Positions 10,401 through 21,651 of a stretch of 64,000 nt of DNA are shown piece by piece. The DNA is taken from NCBI GenBank assembly GCA_001179505.1, contig CDMY01000069.1, positions 124,001 through 188,000 on the forward strand, in the 5' to 3' direction. Both the position numbers and the translations under genes were made by a program. This stretch comes from Vitrella brassicaformis CCMP3155 (lineage: Eukaryota > Protista > Chromerida). A model generated the notes under the pieces. The model had not been told where the DNA came from. It saw only the letters and a list, made by a program, of their open reading frames with translations, and searched no databases. The first letter of the stretch is position 1, and each line of letters begins with the position of its first letter.

Positions 10401-13400
10401 GCGGCATGACGGCGAGGAGGACAAACGCGCCAAGGAGGACCCACTCGAGAGCAAGAAACGGTAGGTAGGTAGGTGGCGATGGATGGATGGATGGATGGGC
10501 GTGTTGGTTGCAATGCACCCATCCATCCATATTGCTACATACATACCATGTGTGCCGACCTGCCTGCCTGCCTGCCTGCCTGCAGGGAGCTGTCGAATTG
10601 GGAGCTAGTCGTGGTCGACTGGTATGCAGAGGTGGCCAACCGCCTACCTTTCTGTCACCTTGATCGACGTGTGTCTGTGTGGGTGTGTACAGCCGCACAT
10701 TGGACGAGGTGGAGATTGGTGCCGACTCGTCGCGGAGGCCACCCGGTGGACAGCCGAGATCAGGCACCAGACTCAAAGGCGCCATCTGCGCTGGTGGGTG
10801 GGCGGAAATCAGGCCTGCAATGGCCACCACTAATGGTGTGTGTGTGTGTGTGTAGATGCTGATTCGATCTTGGAGCGTCACCAGGGGTACATCGATGCCT
10901 TTCTGCTCAAGTGCGAGCAGGTGCGGGGCAAACCGCTGTGCCTCTTCGGCAGACACCACGACACACCCGCACTCATCGCCACACTCGCACTGGTAACTAG
11001 CGGGTGGGCCAACAACACACACACATATGGCTGTCTGTTGTGGCTGATCCATCCATCCATCCATCCATCCATGTGTGTGTGTGCAGCTGCTGCAGCGTGG
11101 CTTCCCCCGCATCAGTGCGATCCTGGGTGGCTGGTCGGCCATCTGTGACAGCCTGGAGGAGATGAACCCCTCGCGTCAGCTCTACAACCAGCTGGTCATC
11201 CGGTCCACCACACACGACAGCACCGACAGCCCACGGGCGGACAAGGACAGGGAGGGAGCCGAGGGCAAGAACCACACAGGGGCCGGCGGGGGTTGGCGCA
11301 CCCGCATCACACACCTGGCACAGCAGACCAAGGACATTTCCTTCAATGTCAAGGTTACTTAGTGGATCGGTGGATGGGCGGGCTCCCTCCCTCCCTCTCT
11401 CACCCATGTGTGTCTCTCTCTCTGTGTGTGTCAGGATCGCATGCTTGAGACTGGTGGGCGCATCCGGCAGACTGCCTTGCCGGCACTTAACGAGATATGG
11501 CAGGACGTCAGGCAGATACAGACACTCGCAGGGGGCACCAAGGGGGAGCCTCCAGTGGCAGCAGACACCACTGAGACTCCCAAGCCCGCCCCACACACAC
11601 CCGAGACCACAGCCACAGGTCAGCAACACACAAAGAGGCCGCCTTTCCACCCCCACACTGCATCGATGTCTCTATGCTATGTGTGCGTGCAGGTATGTTG
11701 GCATCTCTGTTCCCCAACACTCGGTTCGGTGCCGACTTCGCCACCCAGAAGGGCAAGGGCAGCAACAACGAAGGCGGGGAGACACACCGACACCCACAAG
11801 CAGCAGCAGCCGACAAGAAGAGAGAGAAGGAACCTCCTGCTGCTGAGCCCGCAGCACTCAAGGAGGAGGCCGCTACAACCCACGACACCGAGGCAGGTGG
11901 TGACGACATGAGCAAGGGCCCAATATTTGCCCGTGGCAAGGGTGGCCCTCGGAGGAAGAAGGGCAAGGCCGCCAGGTCCGCTGCTGAGAGGGAGCAGAGG
12001 GCGGCGGAGGCGGGTCAAGAGAGCGACTCCATATTCGAGATCGGTAAGGTGACACACGGACATCAACATTCGCATACCTTGATTCAAGTATGGCTGCGTA
12101 TGTGTCAGGTGGCGGGAGTGACAGCGACGAGGGCGCCGGTTCCCGCCGGACGAGGCGCAGCCACTCAGGCCGCAGCAAGACAGAAGAGGACCAGATCGAC
12201 ACCCGACAGGGCGGCACACACGGTGAGTGGGTTGCTGACGGGGAAGGGTCAAAAGGAAGCTAGCTCTCGCATGCATCCCTTTGCTGTGCGTGTGCAGTTG
12301 CGACCGATGCGGCGGTAGGCGGCGCTCTGGACGACACGAACGATGCAGGTGGGTGAGATGGGGTGGCATGGTTGTATGCATCCATCTTGACCGGCGCTTC
12401 CATGCGTATGTATGTCATCAGGCGACAGTCCGCATAAGCCCTACAACTTAATGGAGATGATGAAACTCTACCAGGACCACATCAAGGCAAGCAACCAAGC
12501 CAGGGGAGGAAGGGACAGACAAGGAGGTGACACACACACGCCGATATGTTGTGTGTTTATGCAGGAGATCCAGGGGTTGAAGGAGGGCGAGGAGCTGGAC
12601 GTCATCAGGCTGCAGGAACAAATCGGAGACACACACGTACTATCCTTCTAACGCCACACCACACCACCCGTCGGACGACCCACGTTCACCTGTCCTGCCT
12701 GCCTTTGATTCAGATATTCGACGCCCGTCAGATCTGTGCGTGTCCGCCCACCCCAGCGGCCTTCGACCATCCGTCGCCGGCCCCCTCGCCGAGCAAGAGC
12801 GGCCGCTTCCTGGGCGGCCTCATCAGCAAACTGCCCATACACTTCACACAAGACACTCACGCAAAGGACAAAGAGGTACGTGCGGACGGCATACCTCGCC
12901 CAAATGGTTGTGTGTGCCATGCTTGTGTTGTGGCCATGCAGGTGTTGGTTCGTCGCTTGTTGATCTTGTCACTGAACCAGCTGATGGTGCTGGAGGTCAT
13001 CCCCACGTACCTGCTGCCCATCGAGACGCCACACAAGGACACTGACACAACAGACAAGGAAACCGACGGCATGGAGATCTCAGAGGCGTTCCCCACCACA
13101 ACCACACCCAAAGATCAGCAGCATCGCCCAGCACCAGCAGCACCGCAGCACCAAGAAGGAGAAGGGGGTGACAAGGAAGAGCAAGAGGAGGAAGAGGAGG
13201 ACGTCATGTTCGACAGCACCGCACACGCACCAACCACACAGCCACCACCACAGCCACAGCCACAGCCAGCACCAGCAGCACCCCTGGCCCCCTCCCCGGC
13301 CTCTTCCCAGCAGACGGGATCTACCCCCTCGCCACCTCCCTCTCCATCCAAACAGCCTCCAGGCGCACCCGCACCCCCATCGCCATCCACTCTCAGCTCG

Positions 13401-14118
13401 TCCAGCAAGGGCAGCGGGCCGGGATGGCTCGCTACCGTCGGACACAAGATGCAGTCGCTCGCGCACAAGACCATCCTCACACCGGCGGCTGCTGAGTCTG
13501 CGGCCGACAAGGGGGCGGCCAGGCCCTCACAGCACGAGCAGGCGAGCGCCTCCCCATCTGCAGCCGATGGCGACCGATTCGACCACAGCAATGAGGTGGT
13601 GGTGTATGTGTGTGAGGGTCGTGTGCGGCTCAACTGGCCGTTTGAAGGGCTAGACGGGTACCGGCGTGTGCGGCGTGACGGCAGGGAGGGGTACACGGGT
13701 GTGTCGATGGATGAGTGCCGCGCCATCGTCCGAGCCAACCACCGCCTGCAGTTCCTCAAACGCATCTTCTTCCAGGTGAGGACAGGAAGGACCCAACCAT
13801 TGATTGACACACACCGGCATACTATCCAATGTGGATGTGCGTGCGTCTTTGTGTGTGTTCCTCCCTCTACTCATGCAGGAGGATGCGCCCGATCGCGTGA
13901 CGATAGTGCTCAAGAACGACACGTCTTTCGAATTCGAAATCGACAACCAACAGGTCAGTCGGTGGATGGCGGGTGGGAGGGATAGCCAGACATTCATATG
14001 AATTTGTACCGACTTTTCTGGTGTGTGTGTGTGTGTGTTCACCAATCAGGAGTTCCTGAACAGCGTCAAGTCGCGTTTGTCGGCCCTCAACATCGGCATG
14101 AAGATGAGCTCAACCTAG
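7480..14118 (+). CDS. TBC1D23: TBC1D23-like protein (TBC domain, rhodanese-like domain, C-terminal PH-like domain), multi-exon
   Basis: TBC motifs PYVQ|GLCLMMRPIYYL and FHSLLTYHNPWLARHL. Rhodanese-like KPLCLFG...LLQRGFPRISAILGGW. C-terminal RRLLILSLNQLMVLEV...HRLQFLKRIFFQ...VTIVLK. Domain order matches TBC1D23. TAG at 14116-14118. Confidence 0.75.
8493..8792. other. Assembly gap (300 N) with duplicated flanks
   Basis: cccatccagcagcgcaccccctccccct occurs both before (8449) and after (8793) the gap. Confidence 0.95.
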
Positions 14119-14659
14119 CCATAGATAGCCAGACCGTGTTTCCTCTGCTCCTCCGTGCAGCAGCAGTGAGACGAGTCAGCCAGTCAGCCAGCCCGGTCTG
14201 CTTTCGTGAGAATTAATGAGGTGGGCCTGCGTGGGTCGGTAGGTAGTCTTTGTCGTTGTCGTGCGTGTCGGCACTTGTGGCCTAGCTTCCAATTCACCAT
14301 AAATTCACCATAGAGTATCAATCATAATGATGACTGTTAGTGGGCATGTGAGCTGGACCGAATCAGCATGCACGGGCCATTCAACTGATCAAAATTGTCC
14401 TTCTTCACAGATGCAGCATGCAAGTAGATTCTCGATCGGGCGGTAAGAGGGGCACAGAATGAGTCGGTCGACACTCGCAATTGCCTGCCCTTCAGTGACG
14501 ATAACAGCACTCACACGAAGCGGACTGGCAGCCCCTCTCTCTCTCGGCCATCAATGCACCATGCACACACACAGAGACATGTATGCGAGACACACCGGCA
14601 AGAAAAGAGCCGCGCCATGATAGTGAATGCGATACCGGCTAACACACACACCCGCACAT

Positions 14660-17600
14660 TTACGCAGCAGCCTTGGTGGCCTCGTCTTTGTCGCCTCTCT
14701 TTGTGTCCTTGCTGGCCGCCTTCTTTCTGTTTGGCCTCATCTCGATGGTCTTGCCCTCCCCGCCCGACACGGTCAACCTCTTCTGGCTTGACTCTCTGAG
14801 CAGAGTGATCAGCCCCTTGGGGCGTGGCTTGTAGGGCGACAGCACCACACACTTGAGGCGAGGGAAACTCTCAAAAACCGACACAACACACTCGGCAAAC
14901 GACCGGAACAGACCCTTCTCTGCCTCATCAGTGAGGTATCTGACCCGGGGGTGTCTCTCGAGTGACAGGTGCATCTCAAGGCGAGACACGCGACTTGACA
15001 TGACCTGCCTGCCAGCCTCGCCCTCCCCACCGTACACACGCCACTGCACAGTGTGATTCGGAAGGGCATCATATCTGCGTGTGGTGTAGTGTAGTTGGGC
15101 CATGGGAAATCGATCTCACTCTTGACGCACACAGTGACATCTCGCCTGCCTTGAGCACAGAGATGGGCCACACCGGCAGGCGCGAGACACAGCGTAGCAT
15201 TGGGATTGGCGAGAGTAGACAGCTCAAACGTGACACGGTCGATGGATGGGAGTGCACCCAAGACCTGCCCCGCCCCTCCCTCAAAGAACCCCGCCCCGTG
15301 GGAACACTGAATGATGGAGACAGACTTGAGATTGGGGAACATCGTGGGAGGATCAGACATGATGTATGAAGGCAGCACCCCATACCCCTGGAGCCCGCCC
15401 CACTGGCTCCCGCCCCAGCAGATGTCGAGCTCATTCACACGTGGAAGAGCGAGTGGGCCGATGTCGGGCACATCAGCATCTGCATGCGATTTGAGTTCGA
15501 CTTTGTCGGCCTGGGCGAAGCACAGGTGCAGTGTTGGCAGCGCTGGGGCAACGGGCGGGTCGTTGGCCTCGCTGGTGAGCGGAAGGCAGAGGGAAAGGCC
15601 GTCCCTGCGCCGATGCCATGAGTAGGTGTGGTAGCTCTCAGTGGCGCCGGGTGAGAGGCAGGTGGTACGGAAATGATGCAGCGCCTACTCACAGACGAGA
15701 GAAAGAACACATGCAGGCGACGGGATGGACTGCCAAGCCATGAATGGGCGGGTGTGACTGCCGCTCACTCGGATGATTTTGGTGCCTCCGATCGTATTGA
15801 GTCCCATCTCGACGTGACGAAGCGGCCCTCCGCCGTTGTCCGTGCCGATGACGTCGATGAGTTGCTCGGGATCGTCGTTGCCTGCTTCGAAACCCCAAAC
15901 GGGGTACGAGAACTCCACTTGACCCGTCAGGCTCGACAACGTACCAACTTTGAGAGAGAAAAGAATGCATGGCAGAAGAAGTGTCTACCTATATATCTGC
16001 TGCTCTCTTGTTTGATTCTCCTCTCACCGGATGGTGTGTCTTTAATCGCACTCGCCACTTCAATGACGTGCTGGTACCTTGCGTAGGTGCCGTCGTCGTC
16101 CCCCACGATAACCATCTCGTCAGCCTGCACGACACAGAAGCCACAAAGCACTATCTTTACGGCCCTCGACTCCCCCTTTCCTCCCTCTCTCCGTGCCATC
16201 TCACCTTGTTGGGTATGAAGTGCAGAGACGATATGCCCGACGACGCATTGCGGACCCACGCCGCGGCGAGCCCATGGACGCTGACTATGCTCAGCTCCTC
16301 GAGGACGGGCAGCTCGTACTTGCGTGTGCGTGCGATGCTCTCCCACATCGAGCCGACCGTAGCCTTGGTCAGCTTGGGGAACGCAGTGGGGCTCTCCTTG
16401 CTTGGCACCTCTGCGTTGATCTGCCCTCTCCCCTGCTGCGGGTCACGTGTGCCTTGGAGCTCGACGGTCTCGATGGTGGCCGCCAGCTGCTCAAGCAAAG
16501 TGACGAGCCGAGGGGTGGGAGGGTAATGCACATGCAGGGAGCGACACTGAGACACACGACCTGCACACGCGAAACACGCATTTGAGAATGGACATGAGCG
16601 AGAGAGGGATGTGTGTTCAGTTCCATCTCTCACCGGGCAGTTTGGCTGCGGTGCGTTTAGTGGGCTTTGCGTAGATGTCGACGATGGGGTGCACAGCGGG
16701 CTGGCGGCTGAGGTGGCTGAAGTGTGTGTTGATGGTGGAGAGGGATGTCATGAAGGTGTGGTAGCCGAGGTACGCACCCAGCCCAAAGCCCTCCTCGGTC
16801 GTCATCCACAGCGCCTCAGGCAGCTCCTCCAAGCCAGACCTCACCTGACAAACACATACACCACAGAGCGCACAAAGAAATGATGAACAGACCCTCGACG
16901 GAGCTCTTTGTGTGTTTGCGCGTGTGTGTGGTGCCCACCTCATCTTGGTTGAGTTTGTCCATGGTGTTTAGGATGACGTCGAGCTTCTTGACACATGCTT
17001 CCACCTGCTGCTTGGCCGTCTTGTCCACGGTGGATATCTGGATGTCCGCCTCGCACCTCACCATGGCCGTCAGCACACGGCAGTGGCGGTCAACCTCCTG
17101 AACAGCAGAAGGAGAGGCGGCAAAGAGGCGGGATGTCTATGGAACAAAGGTACCTGTGTTGTGTGTGGCGGCCAACCTGCATGTGTTTCTGTTTGGCGAA
17201 TGTGTCGGGGGCGGGGAGGGCAGCCTTCGCATCCAACATCTGCTGCGCCTGTGCGCAACAAACACAACACGCACGAAGCATCACACATTGGCAGATATTC
17301 AACCCTCGCCCTCGTCGCCTCGCCTCTCTGCTCCCTCATTGACTCACCTTAGCCTTTGCGTCGTTGACCATGTTGATCTGTGCCTGGAGACGCTCCGCCA
17401 CCTCGGCCAGAACCGCCAACGCTTCCTCATGGCGCACCTCACCAACATCCTGACACAACACGCACACGATACACGCCATACAGAGAGAATCGCCCATTGC
17501 TTCGCCCATCCGCTCGATGTGTCTGGATCTGTGTCGATATCGTGCTGTGCGCACCTCCATCTCGACGTCGTCAGGCGTCAGTGGCTTGGTCCTGGCCTTC

Positions 17601-17836
17601 TTGACGTCCTTCCTCCCCTTGTTCTTGCCCTCCTTCTTGACCGCCGCCTTTGCCGGACGTCGGGCATGACCATAGTCCTCCCAGCTGTCGGAACAGTCGT
17701 CTGAATCCATGCTGCTGCTGTCGGAGAACAAGTAGCGCTTGCGATCACCACCACCACCACCACCAGCAGCGGCGGCGGATGAGGCGGCCATGGCAGCCTT
17801 GCGCATGGGACGAGCCGGACGGTCCTTGACGTCCAT
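14660..17836 (-). CDS. Lineage-specific protein, paralog A: charged N-terminus, helical region, F-box-like motif and degenerate LRRs
   Basis: Spliced exons give GLEELPEALWM..GLGAYLG..LSTINTHF followed by FPKLTKATV, LPVLEELSI, FPNLKSVSI, LPSIDRVTF and FPRLKCVV. Clear homology to 17948-21261. Confidence 0.7.
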
Positions 17837-17947
17837 CGTGCAACGAGGAGAGAAAATGGGGGAACGGCGGATGATCGTTCCGTTTACTTTTGGTTGGCCA
17901 GGTTGTCGCCAATTAGTCCGCGTTGTTCTTCTCGCTCCTTCGCGGCG
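17837..17947. promoter_or_regulatory. 111-bp divergent intergenic region, putative bidirectional promoter
   Basis: Only 111 bp separate the minus-strand ATG at 17836 from the plus-strand ATG at 17948. Confidence 0.5.
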
Positions 17948-20900
17948 ATGGCGTCAGAAGGTGTTGAGCATCGCATGACGAAACGCCAGGCCGCCATTGC
18001 TGCTGTTGAGGCTGCGGCAGGTGTGGCTCAGAAGCGCAAGCCGTCGATGGATGTTGGCGTGAGCAGCGACGGTGATGAGGAGGAGGATGGGTCAGAGTCG
18101 GAGGACAGGGGCCGCCGCACCACCAAGGTCGCCAAGAAGAAGCAGCGGGTGGATGAGAAGGACAAGGCGGCTGCCGGCAAGGCCAAACCCAAGAAGAAGG
18201 GTGGCAGATCTAAGGCTCAAGCGGCAGACGAGGACCATCAGATGGAGGTACGCTCGCATCACGCGATGGGAGGGCACACCAGGGACCGGCATGGCTTGAG
18301 CATTGCTCGTCCATGGCTCGCTGCTGTCTGTGTTTCGTGTGTTTGCCCGTCAGGATGTGGTCGAGTTGTTTCCTGCCGACCCGCTGGAGGCTCTCAAGGC
18401 CGTGGCGCAGAAGCTACAGACGCAGATCCAGCGCGTCGAACACGCCAAAGCAAAGGTGAGCGAGAGGGAGAGGGGCAGGGTGAGGATCACCGGAGAGGAA
18501 TGTGTGGGGTGTTGTGTGTGTCGTCCTGCCTGCGTTCAGGCTAAGGAGTTGTATGAGTTGAAGATGGGCCTCGCCGCACCCGAATCGCACACAGAGCAGA
18601 ATCGCATACGGGTGAGGATGACAGCCAGACACACACCTGACACAACACATTCCGCCTGCTCACGCCTGCGCTTTGTTGTGTATGTGTGTGTGGCTGGCTG
18701 ATGATGTAGGACGTTGACTGCCACTACCGCGTGTTGACGGCGATGGCGACGGCTGATGCTGAGGCCCACGCAACCCACACTGACACGACCGTCAAGCGGC
18801 AGCTGGACCGGTGCGTCGCCAAACTCCAAATCATACAAGACAAAATCGACAAACTACACGACGAGGAGGTGAATACATTGTACATGGGAGGGCACAAGGC
18901 GCGGCCACATACATGTGTGGCTTTGTCTGTGCAGGTGGTTGAGCCGTGCCTCGAGGGGCTGCCTGAAACCCTCTGGATGAGCAGCGACGAGAAATTCGGT
19001 ACGGGAAGAGATTGGACGACGAGTCCAGGGGACGGGGAGGATGCATGTGTTGTGTGTGTTGGTGTGTGTCAGGACTTGGTGCCTTCGTTGGTTTCGTGCC
19101 ATGTCTGACGTCGCTGTCAGCTGTGAGCACCCACTTCCACACCCTCACCCAGGACAGCAACATGCACCCCATCATCGAACTCAACATCTCACCGCCCAAT
19201 GACATCGCTAACGAACTGCCCGGTACGCAAAAGGGATGACTTGTAATGTGTGCCCGTCTCCATCTGTGTATCGGTGCTGTGTCTTAATTCAGGTCGTTTC
19301 TCGAAGTGCAAGGACATTTCAATCATGCCCCCACACCCGCCCTCATCCGTCTGCTCGAGAGCCTCAAGGACACCATCACGAGTATCGACCTGAACGGCTA
19401 CGGGGGGATTCCATTGGGCGAGACGGAGGAGCAGATCGTCTTCCCGCAACTCCACAAGGCAGCCGTCCAGGGGGCGTGGGGTGGCGTCGCACGAGATCGC
19501 AACTTCAAACTCCCAGCCCTCAAGCACCTGAGTGGTGACACATTCAGTCGCCATGGGGGATACTCTCGGCATCACGCGGTCAGCCCTCGCACACACGGAA
19601 ATGGATGCGGCACACGACACGTGTGTTGGTGGGTGTTCATGCAGGTGGTGCCGTGGATTGACAGCGCATGTGACGGCCTGACATCCATCCACTCTACCTA
19701 CGTTCAAGTAAGGCGCACGGACAGGCAGCACGTCGTCGCACACTCCAGACTAATCATGCTGTGTGTCCGGTGTGTCATGCTGTGGTGCATCAGTCGCTCA
19801 GAGACGTCGCTGCTGCCATCAGGGACACGCCAACTGGTGAGAAGCTTGCGGCAGGGGATATTGCCATCGAGACAGCACCCGTTGTGTGCCTCCATGTGGC
19901 GACAGCCAAGACTCTCACGTCCCTCTCCGGCTTCAAATTCTCGGGCAACGACCAGGACCACAACCCGTACGCGCACCACCCTTGGTACCCCTACGGCCTC
20001 GGCGGCGGCAAGGCCCCCGAGGATGAGCTCAGTGACCTCATCTCAGCCCCCCAGGGAGCCAAGCTGCAGAAGATTGAGATGCGCTTCCCCAACATGCCGA
20101 CACCCAAAAGTATCCAGGTGAGCATGAGAAGACATCGACTCACCAGCGGTCGATTTCTGTGTTGGCTGCCATCTAGAGAATTCATCGGTTCCGAGCTGCC
20201 TGCCTCGCACCTGACGCGATCGAGACGTACAGCCCGACCATCCACCTGTGGCTGCCCTTCAAAGGCGACGCCGCCCCCCTCGCCACCTGCCTCCCCACCG
20301 TGCAGCTGTGCTGCGCCAAAGCCGACAGCGTGACGCTCATGTCGCATGCAGAGGACGGGACGGGGACGGCCGCCCTCAGCCCCCTGGTGTGCGAACGGGC
20401 CCGAAAGCTGACCATCCAATGCAGCTACCGTGACCAGCAGCCCCCGCAGCCAGCGTATCCACACTACCTCGCCCACCATGCTCAAGCGCCGCCCCGTGTC
20501 ACGCAGCCCATCCCGTCCTACATCACGTCCAATGCCCACTGCCTCTTCCCCAGTGTGGTGTCGCTGGGTGTCTATGAGCGAGATGCGGGTATGCGCGTGT
20601 ATGCGGGAGGGGCGGGCGTCTGCATGGGGTCGCTGCCATCGCTCGAGAAGGTGTCGTTTGAGGTGCGTGTGAAGCCCGACCCGAGTGCTGAGCTGTGTCT
20701 GGTGCCTGCCGGTCTGAGTTTTCTGTCGAGTCAAGGCAACAATCTGACGGTCAAATCGTCGATCGACGCTGACGTTGACCGCTACCTGTATGGTGGCCCG
20801 GCCAACACAGCGCCAGCTGACGAATTGTCTCTGAATTGGCGTGTGTACAGCGGGGAGGGGGATGCAGGCAGACAGGTCATGGAGCGTCGTGTGTCTCGCC

Positions 20901-21261
20901 TCGAAATTGAGCTGCGTGTGTCTCTGCGCCACAGCCGCGGGCAGACCGGCCTGTCCTGCGCTGCTGCCAAGGACATGTGCCAATCGTTCGCCGACTGTGT
21001 CGCTGAGGCCTTCGACAGCTGCCCCTCTCTGTCGTGTGTCGTGCTGGCGCTGCCTTACTTGTACGGTTCCCGCTTTTCGCTGGTCGACAATGTGAGAGAG
21101 GGGGCTCAGAGGCGATTCAGAGTCGCCAAAGAACAGGGGCAGAGAGCGGTGGGCCACAGTCACTGTGTGTTGTGTTGCGCCCAAGTCAGGCCAAGCAGAA
21201 GGTCAAGAAAGAGACACACACCAACGAGGCAGACACAGTCATGAAGACAGAGGAGGAGTGA
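17948..21261 (+). CDS. Lineage-specific protein, paralog B (F-box-like and degenerate LRR)
   Basis: CLEGLPETLWM..LGAFVG..LSAVSTHF, FPQLHKAAV, LPALKHLS, FPSVVSLGV, LPSLEKVSF and WRVYSGEGDAGRQVMERRVSRLE are collinear with paralog A and share intron positions. Confidence 0.7.
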
Positions 21262-21651
21262 GGAGAGAAAGGCAGACAGGCCGGTGTCCGTGTCTTTTTT
21301 ATCGCATGAATGCATGGGCTTTGTACAGCCGAACCAACGCCCATCGTGGCCGTACGTATTCTTGAAAAGAACAGACAGACAGACAGATGACAGACAGAGG
21401 TACCGGTGGGCAGAGATGGGTTGTGTGCAAGTCTGCAGAGAATCTTCGTTGCGTGCCGCATGCATGACTCAGATGGCCCGCCTCTTGCAATTGAAATTGG
21501 CTGCTTATGCTGTAATCAACCCGCAGCCATCAGGCGAGAATAATATTCCAGAGACGAGACAGAATTAATTCTCTTTTCGAAATTCATTTCCGCCTTTCGC
21601 TGCCCGGGAACGCCTTTCCCTCCCGTGCGCCAGTGACGGGAAGGAAGACGT

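Noticed and set aside
14328-14389. ATGATGA...CTGA, box C/D-like, in the intergenic region
   Set aside because: No terminal stem and no recognisable rRNA-complementary guide.
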